DNA of 64,000 nucleotides from Octopus bimaculoides (lineage: Eukaryota), in contig NC_068985.1 of NCBI RefSeq assembly GCF_001194135.2, positions 31,778,658 through 31,842,657 of the forward strand, read 5' to 3'. Made by a program: the position numbers and the translations under genes. The notes under the pieces are model-generated. The model did no database searches and was not told where the DNA came from. It saw nothing but the letters and a program-made list of their open reading frames with translations. This document shows, one piece after another, positions 33,961 through 48,100 of the stretch (within the stretch, counting starts at the first letter, position 1; the number at the start of each line of letters is the position of its first letter).

Positions 33961-34965
33961 AGTGTTCCAAGTTTCAAAGTTCTCTCTTGTTTGAAGATAA
34001 CGCCAATAAAATCGAACATTTTCAGATAATATAGACCAGTTATGAGCAACATGCGGCCAGTGGGAGTTTGTGAATGACACGCCTAACAAAAAAATTACCT
34101 TTACTTTTTTAATAGTGTGGACTGCCTGATGGTGAGGCACGTGTCGTGCGACCCGCTTCTCATAAAAAGTTGTCCATACCCGGATAGACAATGCAAATTG
34201 GAGTGAGTTTGATCTCAACTACTAAATAGTGCAAGCGATAAACATGTGTCCGTTTTATTCATACTTAGTGAAAGATATTCCTCTTTAGCAATGAAAATAC
34301 AGATAGATAGATAGATAGATAAATAATATAGTGGTGCTGATATTAACAATATGAGTGAAGGAAATACTTCACGAGAGCATATGAAGTATAACTATTGTAG
34401 GCTTTTGTATATGTGACTATACTGAGTTAAAACACTGTTCAACTGAGGTTATTTTTTAAAGAGACCCCTCAGGTGTAACATTAATAAAGAAAAGCAAGGG
34501 AGGTAACAAAGTATGTCCAGGTCTTTCACCAGCAGACTGCAATAACCATTCCATTCTGCATTATCGTGTTCCAAAAAAGTTTGATCAATTAGTCATATTG
34601 TAGTTATCTCCTTTGTTATTTGAGACCGGATTTTACTGACAAATGCTCTTCCTGTCGCCAAACTTTAAATGTTTTTCAAGTAAATGATTTTATTCCACAG
34701 GTCTTTGAAAGCAGTCAGTAGCTATACTGTCAAAAGAGACTGTCAACATAAGCGCCACTTTACTCAATATATGTGGAATTTAAACATTCACACCCACATA
34801 TGACGAGTTTCTTGCCAAGTCCATTCTACCCACTTCCCTCGCCTGGCATTTGTCAACCCAGGGCTATAGCAGAACAAACTTACTTCAATGTGTCATGTGG
34901 TAAAAATTGAAGCTAAAATTACTTGGTTGCGAAGCAAACTTCTTAGCTATATAGCCCTGCACCTA

Positions 34966-36010
34966 TCATCATCATCATCATCATCGTTTAACGTCCGCTT
35001 TCCATGCTAGCATGGGTTGGACGATTTGACTGAGGACTGGTGCAACCGGATGGCTACACCAGGCTCCAATCTAATTTGGCAGAGTTTCTACAGCTGGATG
35101 CCCTTCCGAACGCCAACCACTCAGAGAGTGTAGTGGGTGCTTTTACGTGTCACCCGCACGAAAACGGCCACGCTCGAAATGGTGTCTTTTATGTGCCACC
35201 CGCACAAGAGCCAGTCCAGGGGCACTGGCAACGATCTCGCTCGAAAACCCTACAAGGCCAGTCAGGCGGTACTGGCAACGGTCACGCNNNNNNNNNNNNN
35301 NNNNNNNNNNNNNNNNNNNNNNNNNNNNNNNNNNNNNNNNNNNNNNNNNNNNNNNNNNNNNNNNNNNNNNNNNNNNNNNNNNNNNNNNNNNNNNNNNNNN
35401 NNNNNNNNNNNNNNNNNNNNNNNNNNNNNNNNNNNNNNNNNNNNNNNNNNNNNNNNNNNNNNNNNNNNNNNNNNNNNNNNNNNNNNNNNNNNNNNNNNNN
35501 NNNNNNNNNNNNNNNNNNNNNNNNNNNNNNNNNNNNNNNNNNNNNNNNNNNNNNNNNNNNNNNNNNNNNNNNNNNNNNNNNNNNNNNNNNNNNNNNNNNN
35601 NNNNNNNNNNNNNNNNNNNNNNNNNNNNNNNNNNNNNNNNNNNNNNNNNNNNNNNNNNNNNNNNNNNNNNNNNNNNNNNNNNNNNNNNNNNNNNNNNNNN
35701 NNNNNNNNNNNNNNNNNNNNNNNNNNNNNNNNNNNNNNNNNNNNNNNNNNNNNNNNNNNNNNNNNNNNNNNNNNNNNNNNNNNNNNNNNNNNNNNNNNNN
35801 NNNNNNNNNNNNNNNNNNNNNNNNNNNNNNNNNNNNNNNNNNNNNNNNNNNNNNNNNNNNNNNNNNNNNNNNNNNNNNNNNNNNNNNNNNNNNNNNNNNN
35901 NNNNNNNNNAACTACCTCTAGTTTTTCTCCCTGGAATGAGATACAAGTTGTTTCCTGTTTGTTTACAGTGTTTATTGCACCTGAACATCTGCCACATACA
36001 AAGACTAACT
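34966..36010 (-). mobile_element. 5'-truncated RTE LINE (tail, gap, ORF piece)
   Basis: Young tail 34966-35287, N gap, then an ORF piece 35910-36010 homologous to 18140-18240 (..[20 protein letters not shown]). Confidence 0.75.
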
Positions 36011-36032
36011 TTGTATATATATATATATATAT

Positions 36033-36416
36033 ACTCTTTTACTTGTTTCAGTCTTTTGACTTTGGCCATGCTGGAGCACCGCCTTTAGTCAAGCAAATCG
36101 ACCCCAGGACTTATTCTTTGTAAGCCTAGTACTTATTCTACCGGTCTCTTTTGCCGAACCACTAAGTTACGGGGACGTAAACACACCACCATCGGTTGTC
36201 AAGCGATGTTGGGGGGACAAACACATACACACACACATATACACATGTATATGATGGGCTTCTTTTCAGTTTCCGTCTACCAAATCCACTCACAAGGCTT
36301 TGGTCGGCCCGAGGCTATAGTAGAAGACACTTGCCCAAGATGCCACGCAGTGGGACTGAACCCGGAACCATGTGGTTTGTAAGCAAGCTACTTATCACAC
36401 AGCCACTCCTACGCCT
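36033..36416 (-). mobile_element. tRNA-head SINE (family A, tail type 1), complete
   Basis: Gap-free reverse copy, from tail CTCTTTTACTTGTTTCAGTC to head CAGCCACTCCTACGCCT. Confidence 0.85.
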
Positions 36417-39029
36417 ATATATATATATATATACTATCTGAAATGTATACTATTACGTATCCATCATGGCTGATCTTACCCATCAGTTTTGCACAAGGAA
36501 TACAATGGAGTGTTAGGTAAGAACCTGTAAAGACCATGCGATCAGGAGAGGTGATGAGGAATGGCCCCTTAGTACATCGCACGGTCGATACAAATAAAAA
36601 TATGAAAAGAGGATAAATGCTGTATAAGTGCCAGAAGGAAAAGAGAGACACACCCGGTAGAAAGTTTAAGAGAAGATTTTATTTCTATGTTAACTTGTGT
36701 GTCTGTGTGTGCGTCATACAAACATAATAGACAAGCCGTCATGTATACAACGTGTGTGTGCAAAACAGATGTATGCATGTGTGATATGTACAGAGCATAG
36801 AAAGAGTCTATAATATGACGTTAGAAGAAAGTCAAGACACAAGGATGATAAATGCCAGTTCATAGTCAAGATACTCTGTAGTTGAAGTGCTATATCAAGA
36901 AGTTGAGGCGGCAATGCAGAGCCAGGGAGAGGCACATGTACTATAAATCATCCTGTGTGATGTTCTCAATTATTCAAGTTGAATCCTACAAAATATTTTG
37001 CAATTATACAGTAATACCTCACTTTATGAGAACCCTCTTTACAAGACACTGGGCTTATGAGTTTTGTTTTATAATAAATATAAAAAGGTTAAACAGCCAT
37101 CTTGTGTGTGTGTGGTAACACTGGTTCTGATGCGTCTACACTGTGATCGAGTAAAATGATGGCATAAAGTTTCATTGCTACTTTGGGAAATTATTGCTCT
37201 ACGTTACAAGCTTTTGCTTTACAAGCGATCTCCAGGAACAAATTAACTCGTCTATTAAGACATTTCTGTATTTATCATTAACATGGACAATGTATGGATA
37301 CCAAGTGTATCAAATGCTAATAGACTTAGAATGATTAACAGTAAATATATTAGGAAAAATTACTTTTCAGCTTTGACATGGTTGTGGTGAGGATATGAAG
37401 CCCACTGAAGATGGTACTTCATGCAGATGGTGCCTACTTAAATGTACCAAAAGAATTTGTCGTAAGAAATTACCATTGCAAATAGACACATTGCCTCAAA
37501 GAAAACTAGGGAGTAGGGAAGAATGAGTAATTTTTGATTGCTCATCATTTTCTTTCTATCTGTTTGAAATTAGTACATTGCAAGCATAACATCATCATTT
37601 TGCTCTGTTCCATCATCCTTGTAAGTAAAATTGGTCAGTATAGTTATTGCTGAGGTTGAGAGAGTTTGAAACATAGTCAGGTGACAAGTACTTCTTTTTC
37701 AAGAAATGTTTCCTCAACTTTGACCCAATTGTAATTGTGGTTACTAATAAAATATCTGAACAATTTTTAGTGTTTAACAATCAATATTCTTTTCTCTATT
37801 GGATTTCAGGTAAATTTTTTCCCCCCAACACTAATGTCTAATTTGATCATTTTCAATCTTCAGAAAATGATGTCTAATGCGGGGCACAACGAGTAATGAC
37901 TAATTTCAATAATTTCTTCTCCTTAATTGCATAGTGTGTAAATACATCAAGAAGTAAGCCACTCCAAATTTGTCTTTTATATGCTCAAGGAGAACAGCGA
38001 TAATTTTCTGAAATAGAGTTCAGATTATGTTATAATACTTTTAATGCATTTAGGGAAGGTCATTTGCTGAGGTGATATAGTTTTTGTAAGGTAGTGAACA
38101 TTTGTAAAAAATACTTTTTGTCACAAAGTCAAAAATGCAGTAAAAACACTTCGTATCCCCCGCCAACACACACACTCAAACAGAACTGAGGTAATTTCTT
38201 AAAATAGTGTTCTGAATATGTTAAAGTGTTTTTGATATTTTTAGAGGTCATTTGCTTAGTTTTTGTAAAGTAGTGAAGATTTGTAAAAAAAAAAAAATTT
38301 TTCCTCGGTCAAAAATGCAGTAAATATTACTCATTGTGCCCCATCCCACCCCCTATATTTTATGGAAGTCATCTATCATGAATGAATTAGTGGGCGTATA
38401 AGACAGCTACCGTGAAGTTAAGCTGTTGAGTACTGACCAGAAAAAAAGCTACTTGCCGTGATATATGCGCTCAGCACTGGAAAAGAAGACACGCTGTTTT
38501 TCTTCACAGCATATTTATTTCTAGTTTGCTAATTAAAAAATAATCATACTTTGAAAGAAGTAAACAGGATAAACAAGAAGGGAATTTATACGCATCCGCC
38601 AAATCTCTTAGAAATAGTAGCCAACTTTCCTTAAAAATCACATCATTAATCTAAAAAAAGAAAGACCATGCGGATGTAATTTACTCCTAAATACAGATTC
38701 TATAATAGGCAGAATGGTTAATGTTATAACGCTTGTGATCACAGTGCTGCCTGGGGATAAACAATAACGAAAAACACCCTACATATTGTCCTATACACAT
38801 TGTACCTGATCAGGATTGCCTGGGTTAAATAACACCTTTTTGTCGAAATACATTTTAAGTGAAGTTTACTCGTTGTTTACAATTCGTATGAGCTGATGAC
38901 AATCAAATGACTTAGTCGGAAACAATTAGATTAGTTTTATATTATTGTGTGCAATACATTTGTCTTCCGTTAAATCAGAGCTTGTTGCACGCAACTGGGT
39001 TAGCTCCTGCTGATTAATAGAACTTTACA

Positions 39030-39100
39030 GTATTTAAGCGGAAGTTAATTACTGCGCATGTACGAACACATGGCTACACTCCTCTGCTCCACGTGAAGCG
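39030..39100 (+). promoter_or_regulatory. Putative TOMM40 core promoter
   Basis: Locally CpG-rich patch 85-150 nt upstream of the ATG with GCGGAAGT (ETS/GABP-type, 39038-39045), TGCGCATG (NRF1-type partial site, 39053-39060), ACATGGC (YY1-type, 39068-39074) and CACGTG (E-box, 39090-39095). Confidence 0.6.
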
Positions 39101-39182
39101 GGGCTGGAGAAGATTTAGGGGCTGTTCAATAATATAACTGTATATAAATTTTAATAGCAGTTTTCAACATATTTAGGACACT

Positions 39183-42100
39183 ATGGGTAATGTAAATGCA
39201 GCATCACAACCTCCATCAACGGCGGTACCACCGTTATTAACACCACCGCCACCTGCACCACCTAAAGAACCGGCACAAACTTCTGGGCTTTCTGGAGGTC
39301 CCCCATCAGAAATTCCCCTAACAAATTTTCCTGACAATCCTGGAACTTTTGAAGATCTCCATAAAAAATGCAAAGGTAAAAGAATTGTAAACGAAACCCG
39401 TTGGTTTTCTTGGGTTTGATTTCTATGACCGTCTCACCTTGGATATGACCCGGTGTAATTCGACCCTGTTCTTATATTAACTTGGTATTCACTCTCTAAA
39501 ACATCCTTCAGTATATCATTCACGTTCTGTAAATTGATTAATATTATTGGCTTCGTGTTAAATACTAGAATTATTTTAGTATTACCTTTTGTTTTTCATG
39601 CTAACGCCTATATAATTACTGTAGTTTATTACTATATGTAAATGTAGTGTTCTGACCTATAAACTTTTTCTATAAGGTAAAATGTAAACGGGCTTCTCCA
39701 GTTCATTGTAAAAATAGCAACTTTTAGGTTACATGCTTCTTGTTAGCTCTCGATAATTTTGTGTTTCGCTCGGTGATATTACCATCGTTAATTCAAATAA
39801 ATTTATTTTTTATGATATATTACTATTTAGTTGCACAATCCTGTTGTTTCTCTCCCTACCACTCACTTTATTTTCTCGACCTTCTTCAATGATCCCAAGT
39901 TTCGTATTTTTTAGTGCAAGAAAAAAAATCGATATTTTGTTATTTTAGCTTACTTTCTGTTATATAATTTATACATTAAAATGTGTAGTCTTTCAAAATA
40001 CCGAAAGATTTGGGGGAGAACAAATGATTTGACACTTTAAAATATTGTAGCCTTCTGCATAATGTAATTATCATCTGTTGCTCTCTTTAAAGGTAATTTG
40101 TATATATTAGTCTCAACAAAATATATATTGCCGAAGAATTATTTCTTATGAATTCCAATTAAAAAAATAAAACGTGGGATAATTTTATTGTCAAACCGTC
40201 GTTTATGGAATAAGTACTTAATTATATATTAATGCTATATATGGTGCTTATTTATACATTACGTCTCTGGATATATTTCCTGCATTTAATATAAGTTCAC
40301 CGGCTAAACATTACACTATCTTCCATTCCCAAATATTAAAGTTTAACACTTTCCGTGTAGTATAGCTGACTTTAGAATACATAATTGATTTGTTCTCTGA
40401 GAAACTTTTTTATTTCGAAGATACTCTGAATTGATTTTCCATCGGTGAATTCGAGCTCGCACATCAAGTTAATGAAATACTCCTTAGTTATGCAATATAT
40501 ATGTTGTTCTTACGGAAATGAGATATGTGTCAACATTTGGGTGGACTGGGTCAATCAAGAAATACTAACTCTAATGGGATGATAAACGTAGACTTGACGG
40601 TCACTAGGCCTATACCTAAACGACTTAGCTGCAATTCCTAGCACCTTATTGATATCAATCAACATCGTCTTTCGTCTTGTAACAAATTGAGCCCAGATAT
40701 TCTAGACTACACAGAAAGATACATCTTGCTCTTGAACAAGATATGTGGATAAGTTCGCTCCTGAAACGTGCACCAGTATTTAGTTAAGCGTGAAAGATTT
40801 TTTTAAAACTGGAATGGAAGTTAATAACTGGTGTTTTTACAATGGGTGTCTACTTGGCACAGTGAAGGTGGAAAATGTAGACNNNNNNNNNNNNNNNNNN
40901 NNNNNNNNNNNNNNNNNNNNNNNNNNNNNNNNNNNNNNNNNNNNNNNNNNNNNNNNNNNNNNNNNNNNNNNNNNNNNNNNNNNNNNNNNNNNNNNNNNNN
41001 NNNNNNNNNNNNNNNNNTAAAGAGAGCTATAATACAATTTTAGAGGCAACGCAAAATAAATAAAACCTTTGGAAATGTGCTGTGCGTGAGAAAACCTGGC
41101 AAGCCAAGTAAGATCGTTGTCAGTGCCCCTGGACTGGCTCTTGTGCGGGTGGCACATGAGATGCACCATTTTGAGCGTGGCCGTTGCCAGTATCGCCTGA
41201 CTGGCCTTCGTGCAGGTGACACGTAAAAGCACCTACTACACTCTCTGAGTGGTTGGCGTTAGGAAGAGCATCCAGCTGTAGAAACTCTGCCAAATTTAGA
41301 TTGGAGCCTGGTGTTGCCATCCGGTTTCACCAGTCCTCAGTCAAATCGTCCAACCCATGCTAGCATGGAAAGCGGACGTTAAGCGATGATGATGATGATT
41401 TAGGGCTTACCCGTAATATAACTCTCAGATCCGTTTGTCATAATCCTCATATTTCATTCATTGTGCTAATGTCTAGCATAAATATTGAATATCATTGTGG
41501 TTTACTACTATATACTATCTAGCTATTAAAATAAAAGACAGACATAGATAAAATGAAGTTTATTGCACTAGACCAGTTCAGTCAGGACAGTACTACTTTC
41601 TGTAAGAAACAAGAGTATTTACCAATTTTTGTGGAAATCATTTGGCAACACTTGAGCAAAAGGCACAACACTGAATGTTGCGAAGTTAGTCACTAATCTC
41701 CATTAAACTGGTGCATTTTAGTTCTGTTTCTTTCTAACTCTGATTTTTTAATGTTTTTATCCTGTCACCATTTAACAAGGTAAAATTGATATACGACCAC
41801 CAAGAATTATATATATGATGGCAATTAGAGTATGGGTGCAACTTTGAGATAAATATCATGGGGTGGTTTTTTGTCATTTATAAACAATGTTTAGTCTCAG
41901 TAATAATATAAGCTGTATTCAAATGTCAGTCTTTGGAAATTTGCCTCACTAAATTGAAATAAAATTAAGATTGATATTATAGAAATTAATATATGTATGT
42001 TTAGCAGCTTGCTAGGGATAAGCAGTTTTGGTTAGTAGGTGAATTCATTTAAGATAAACAGATGATGTTGATGTTACATCACATGGAAGTTTCATTGGGT

Positions 42101-45100
42101 TATAGTGATTAAAAAAAAAAAAAAACTCAAGCGAAAGTCAGACATGGTAAAGAATTTATGAAAAAATTTTGAATTTAAGAAGTTTCCTCTGATCAGGGAG
42201 AAAGTGTAATTTGTATGTTACTGTTTTCATTAAGAAATCAGTGCTCATTGAATTTAGCTTTATCTAAGTGAAATACCTACTATTAAAAGCTCACATCCAT
42301 TTTGTTGCTGTAAGGAGAGGTGATGTTCATTTATCACTTACAAGGCATGCATGTTTGTTTCAGATACGTCTCGCTGAATAAAGTGCCAATCATAAAATGT
42401 TTTTTAACATATTTTTTGTTTTTAAGAATTACTTTTGAAAAATAAAGTACAAATTATTAAATACAATTTTTGGCAGGACCTTCCTGCACATTTATATATT
42501 TAAAAAAATTTATTTGCTTGCACACAATTTTATGTGCATAGAAGTTATTTTTGTAAGGTACTATAAATGCTTTGTTTTTGTTATGCAGTTGCAATTAATC
42601 TATGATGATGCTACAGAAATAAGTTAGATGAGCATAATATGAAGTTGGCAACCATTTCCCTTGACTATATTTGTTCTCTGTAAATAACAGATGATTATTG
42701 TAGTATTTTTTGGTACTGTAGTTGCTGGCTTGTTTTTGTGAGTTGTGTTTATAATAATGAGTTTTTGGAAAAGGATATATGTCACATTGATCAGTATTTA
42801 TTGGAATGTATTTTTATGGACCTTTGAAAATGAAAGATAAATCAAGCTTCATGAAATTTGAAGTAAAAATGTGAGAGATCAAGCTAAATATCACAAGGTA
42901 TTTAGTTTATGGTTTTTAGTACACTGTTGCCTTAATAATAATAATTTGTTACATTCAATTAGAAAGGGTAATTTATTTCAGGTGATGTCTTGACTAAATT
43001 ACTTGTGTAATTAATGTATGTTTCCTCTCGATACTAATCCTTCAGTTGAATTAACATATTAAAATGTATTCCTTTTGGGCATTTTAAAGGTAATTGTATT
43101 AGGATTAGAATCTATAAGTTCTTGGAGAGGGGGCGATTTTTTTTTTTTATCCATCCATATGATCACTGTAAGTAATCAAGTTCGTAAAGTTTCTTTCTCA
43201 TTTTAATTTGTGAAAGATCAGCCATTAGTTAACAGTTTATGACCCATTATTGTTTTCTTGCATTAGTATATGTTTGTTCATTAGTACATAAATGTGTTCT
43301 TATACTTCAGATGTATTTCCTCAAGTGTTCGAAGGTGGGAAGCTGATTATTTCCAAAGGTTTAAGCAGTCATTTTCAAATCAGCCATACTTTGTCTATGA
43401 GTACATTCCAGTCAACTGGATATCGGTTTGGAGGAACATATGTTGGTACCAAAATGTACAGTGCTCAAGAGGTAAAGAGGTTACATCTATGAAGATGCTT
43501 TCTTTTCATTGTATGTATTGTATCCTAAAGATACAGTGTAAGGAGTTACATTGATGTAATATTACTACTTTACACATCAGACTGGAGATTTTGATTCAGT
43601 TTTGTTTAAGTTGCTTTAGATGGCAATTTATCTTCTTAACATTAAACCAGCCAAATATGGGGGACCATAACACAATGCTTTTTGTTCACTGACCATGAAT
43701 GGCTACATTTCCATGTTAACTTTCATAGCAGAAGACTTTTATAAATTCGTCCCTTTTGTCTTAGATTGGTTGTTTTTATGTGAATACATCTACATTTAAC
43801 ACCAGATGTTATGAATATAAATTTAAGGCATGAAACGTTTATATTCCTTTTGATTATGTTTGAACATACAAGTAATCTGTGCTAAGGTTTGTGTTGCTAT
43901 GATTTTATAGCTAGACTTTTAATCCTCCTGATATCAAAATATATCTTCCTTGGTGGAAACAGTATGATTGCTATTCCCTCTTATCATACATTTGTTTTTC
44001 CATTGCATCTTGTTAGTGCGGGGTCAATACTCTGCATGTGTACATATGTCTATATATATAAAATGTTACCCAGACTTAAGTTTTTTTTTTCGGTGAGATG
44101 CATAAGACAAAATAGTAATTTTTTTTTTAATGGAAGCATTGTATCATTTAAAACTTATTTTCAGCCTTTATAAAAGTTAAGATGGACATTTGATTCAGTG
44201 TTCTTGTTTCCTTTTATAGGCTTACCCTGTTCTTATTGGTGATACTGATGCTTCTGGTAATATGAATGCAAACATTATACATCAATTTACTGAAAGACTT
44301 CGAGGGAAATTTGTTGCCCAAGTAAGTGTCAGTTCTCAATATTTATTGTTTTAATGAAGAGTAATAGAGGTGTGCTTTCGAGGGTTTTGTTGTGCTGAAA
44401 TAAATAAATGAAATGATGCTGCTTTCTTTATTTAGATCCAGAACAGCAAGTGGCTGGCCACACAATGTGCTGTGGATTATAAAGGCAATAATTTCACTGG
44501 TTCTTGTACTCTTGGAAATATAGATATTGTTAATGAATCTGGTAAGTAACATATTTATTTTTCGTTTCTATAGATTTATGAACAATAAACAATTTTAACA
44601 AAATTATTGAAGCCAAATTTGATCATCAAGATAAGATTTTGATCTTCCGTAACTTTTCTAGTGGCTTTCTTTTCTATTGTTTTCAAATCTATCAGCTATA
44701 TTATATAGAAGTAGATTGATTTAATTTTTCAAAATATTTCATTTGGAGCTTTAGTATATAAAAACTAACTCTTATCTAATAAATGAAAGCTTTTTAGATA
44801 CAGTTGTCTTATAAATTATCCAAGGAAAAGAAACTAAAAGCCAAAATCTACAATACATTCAAAATCAGTTAGTCATAGCATGGAAGGTAGTGGCATCCAG
44901 TGATACTAATGCTAATTGTTGCTACCCTTTAGGATACATTTGAGTTGTCAGCTACCAATTTTTTGTGCTTTGTTTCATCAGAGTTTGTAGATTTGTACTT
45001 GATAAACGTTTTCACTTTTTCATTTGGATGTATCATGACAAGTTTCAAATTGGAATTGAGATATCTTTTGTTATAATTCCATTTCTGTACCCACAGATTA

Positions 45101-48100
45101 GACAAGTTTTCATTTATATTGTGTAGTTTGTGGAAATGCAATAAACTAGTAATTGTTCCAGCAAATCAGTCACTATATACAGATACAAAAAATAAGGCTG
45201 GAAGAATTTAATGTATAATCATTCACCAAAGTTTTATGCTCTACTCTTCATCATATCTTTATGTCAATAACAATCAAAGCATCAAGTGTGGAAGGCCTGT
45301 AGATAAGAGAGAAAAAAATAAGTTGTGCATGCTCCATTTGATGTGCTACTTTAACTTACACAGCAGGGCACAAATGAAATGAGAAAAAGATTATGCGTTA
45401 AAAACATTGACTGATAGTTGCTTTGCTATGAATTATATTTAATGAATGAAAGTTTTGTGTACTTGACTGTGGCAAAATAAGACCAAAGAAAACACAGGAT
45501 AAAATGATGAGATCTGATTCAGAAACATTAGGCATCACAGATGATATAATCCAAGTTTGAAACAAATTGTGACAGCCATCTTGCAAAACTGTTAAATCTA
45601 TTTTACCATGACAAAATGAGTGTCAAAATGGTGATGATAAATATATTATACACAGTAGTTTGAAAATTGTAGATATAGTACTTGCAAAGAGTCTTGGCAG
45701 TTTACATGGTGTAGCAAGATAGTTATTATATTAGACTATGTATAAATGAAATGTATTTTATAGCTGTTGTGTCTTTTTTTTCTACCTATCACTTTGTATA
45801 CGCATTTCTAATTGTTTAAAATTGTTTTACAGGTATTGCAGTTGCTCAGTATTTACAGAAAGTTAGCTCTTCATTAATGCTTGGTGCTGAGCTATTATAT
45901 CAGTATGGTAACACCGTCCCTGGGAATGAAATGGCTATACTTTCATTAGCTGGGAAATATTCAGGTAACAACAATAGTAAACTTTAACCCTTTAGCATTC
46001 AGATTCCTTTGTCAAATGTAGTGTTTATTTATTCACAATGTTTTGAATTAATCATCTACTATCTCATAGCTTTGAGATTTCAATGATGTGATTATTTTCA
46101 GAATGACATTGTAAGGTGGGTGTGAGAGGCCAGATCTGTCCTGTTTCAGTATAAAGCAAGTAGAATATTTTGGCTAGATATGTCCAGCTTAAATGCTAAA
46201 GGGTTAATATTCTCAGTATTATTTTCATTATTTACTTTGTTGTTTTTAGAATATAGCCTAATTAATTGTGTTTTGTGATGCTGGAGAAGACAATTTTTTT
46301 TCTAATATTAGTGCATGAATGCTATTTCTCTACCATCCAATTACTGTTTGTTAGATATATTCTATTTACTCATTATCACCATTTAGTTTCTCCTGCAATA
46401 ATGTGTCTAGTATATTTGGTTTGGTGACCACTCAGTATTAACCAAATTGAGGAACTGGAAAATAATTGGGTGACAGAGTAATGGTAACTTCAAATTAGGT
46501 GATATTAATTTGTTAAAAAATAAGGCAAGGATTCTTTCTAGGTACAGTTTGTCTTTCATCCTATCAAATAGGTATCAGTCATTTACTGGAATTGATTCAT
46601 TCAATTAACCATACCATTTTTCCTACAAATTGCTGCCATTCTGCTAATTTTGTTATTTTTTTGGCATAATTTACCTTTATCACAAGGATGCTGTATTCAC
46701 CATGTAACTTAAACTATATATGTCTCGAGCGTGAAAGATATACTCTGCTTAAACAAGAACTAATTCTCTCTCTCTCTAGATAAATTGAACCGGTTAGATT
46801 TAATAAGTATAACTGTTTTGGAACACAAGATGTTGCAAAATATAGAAGATATAAGAGGTTAGACTGACTATACATATTTTCCTCTTGAAATTCTATCCAA
46901 CTCATTTCTTCTCATTTTATTTCAGGAGATAAATGGCAGCTTTCTGCTAACTGTAGTCCTGCTGCTGGAGGTATTCACTTAGGCTTTCATCAGGAGGTCA
47001 TGGAAAACCTTGAAATAGCTGTTGAAATGGAATCAAGTTTACAAGAAAGTGCTACAACAGTAGGATACCAATATGAAATTCCGAATGCTGGAATGACATT
47101 TAGGGGTAAGTTTGAATTTAAATTTTTTAGTCAGAAGGTTGACTTGTTCACTAAAAATTAAAAAGAGGTTGTGCGATTATTCTAATTCGTTTTTATCTAG
47201 CAATATTTCGTGTCTGCTTGAATTAGAAAAGGTTGTTTTCTCCATCACACTCTTTTGTCCTTTAGGTCATCACTCTCTTTTATCCAACCTCTTGATCACA
47301 ATTGCCATAAAAGATTGGAGATGATGTAGAGAGCACTATCTAGTCTTGTAGATACAGCAACCTCTCTAATACTCCTACTATAATAAAATGCATCCTATAC
47401 ATGTGAATGAATAGAGACAATGTAATGTAGAGGAGACTGTTTAGTATCATAACATGCAACCGATACATTAGGAAGGGCATCCAGAAATAAAAGACATTCC
47501 AAAAACGGACTGTAGGGACAAGACATGCTGTACAGCCCATACTGGCATGGAAAGTAGACACAGAATGTTTTAGAATAGCTTTTCTGTAGCTATTCCTTAC
47601 TATGATTTAATCTAACTTACTGTATTTTGTGTTTTATGTGGCCTGTTTCTGATTTAATTTACCAACAATTCATCATATTTTTGTTTGTCTTTAACTTTAC
47701 ATCTTCTAATGTAAATACATTTATTGCATCTACATTAACTAATATCTCTTGTAAATGGCTATTTTATCAGCTCGCCTGCTTTCAAGTAATTTCAGATTCA
47801 TTTGAATCAAATCAATAATACTCATTTGACTATTCTTTTTCTAATTTCTAATGTATGTATCAACTCTAATAATGTCATTCATTTCTGTGCTCTTCAAAAT
47901 TGCAAAAATTCTATTACCTTCTACTCTTGATGCCATACTCGTTTTACTATCATGACTTCATGACTAGCCTGAAATCCAATTTCCCAACACTGACAATTTC
48001 AGCTGCATCTTGGTCAATCTCTGTTGTAATTTTCTTTCACTTTTGTTTTGAATAGATATGTTAATCATATTAGCACACAATGCTGAATTAGTGTTGGTTT

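Noticed and set aside
35137-36123. Long ORFs of 190-330 aa here and at 60076-60739, 3882-4256 and 5728-6291
   Set aside because: They consist mostly of X translated from N gaps.
36440-37135. Possible solo LTR (TGT...ACA followed by a TGG PBS-like sequence)
   Set aside because: No TSD, no second copy and no tRNA complement could be verified by eye.
32530-39040. Shared bidirectional promoter for ZPR1 and TOMM40
   Set aside because: The two candidate promoters are about 6.5 kb apart and each has its own ETS motif.
40447-40459. GAATTCGAGCTCG, resembling a pUC polylinker start
   Set aside because: The match stops at 13 bp (no following GTACCC) and flanks are genomic; chance.
47020-47050. Apparent 2-residue shortening of a TOM40 loop (EMESSLQES) relative to vertebrate and fly sequences
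   Set aside because: Based on remembered sequences only; a small loop indel that cannot be evaluated without an alignment.
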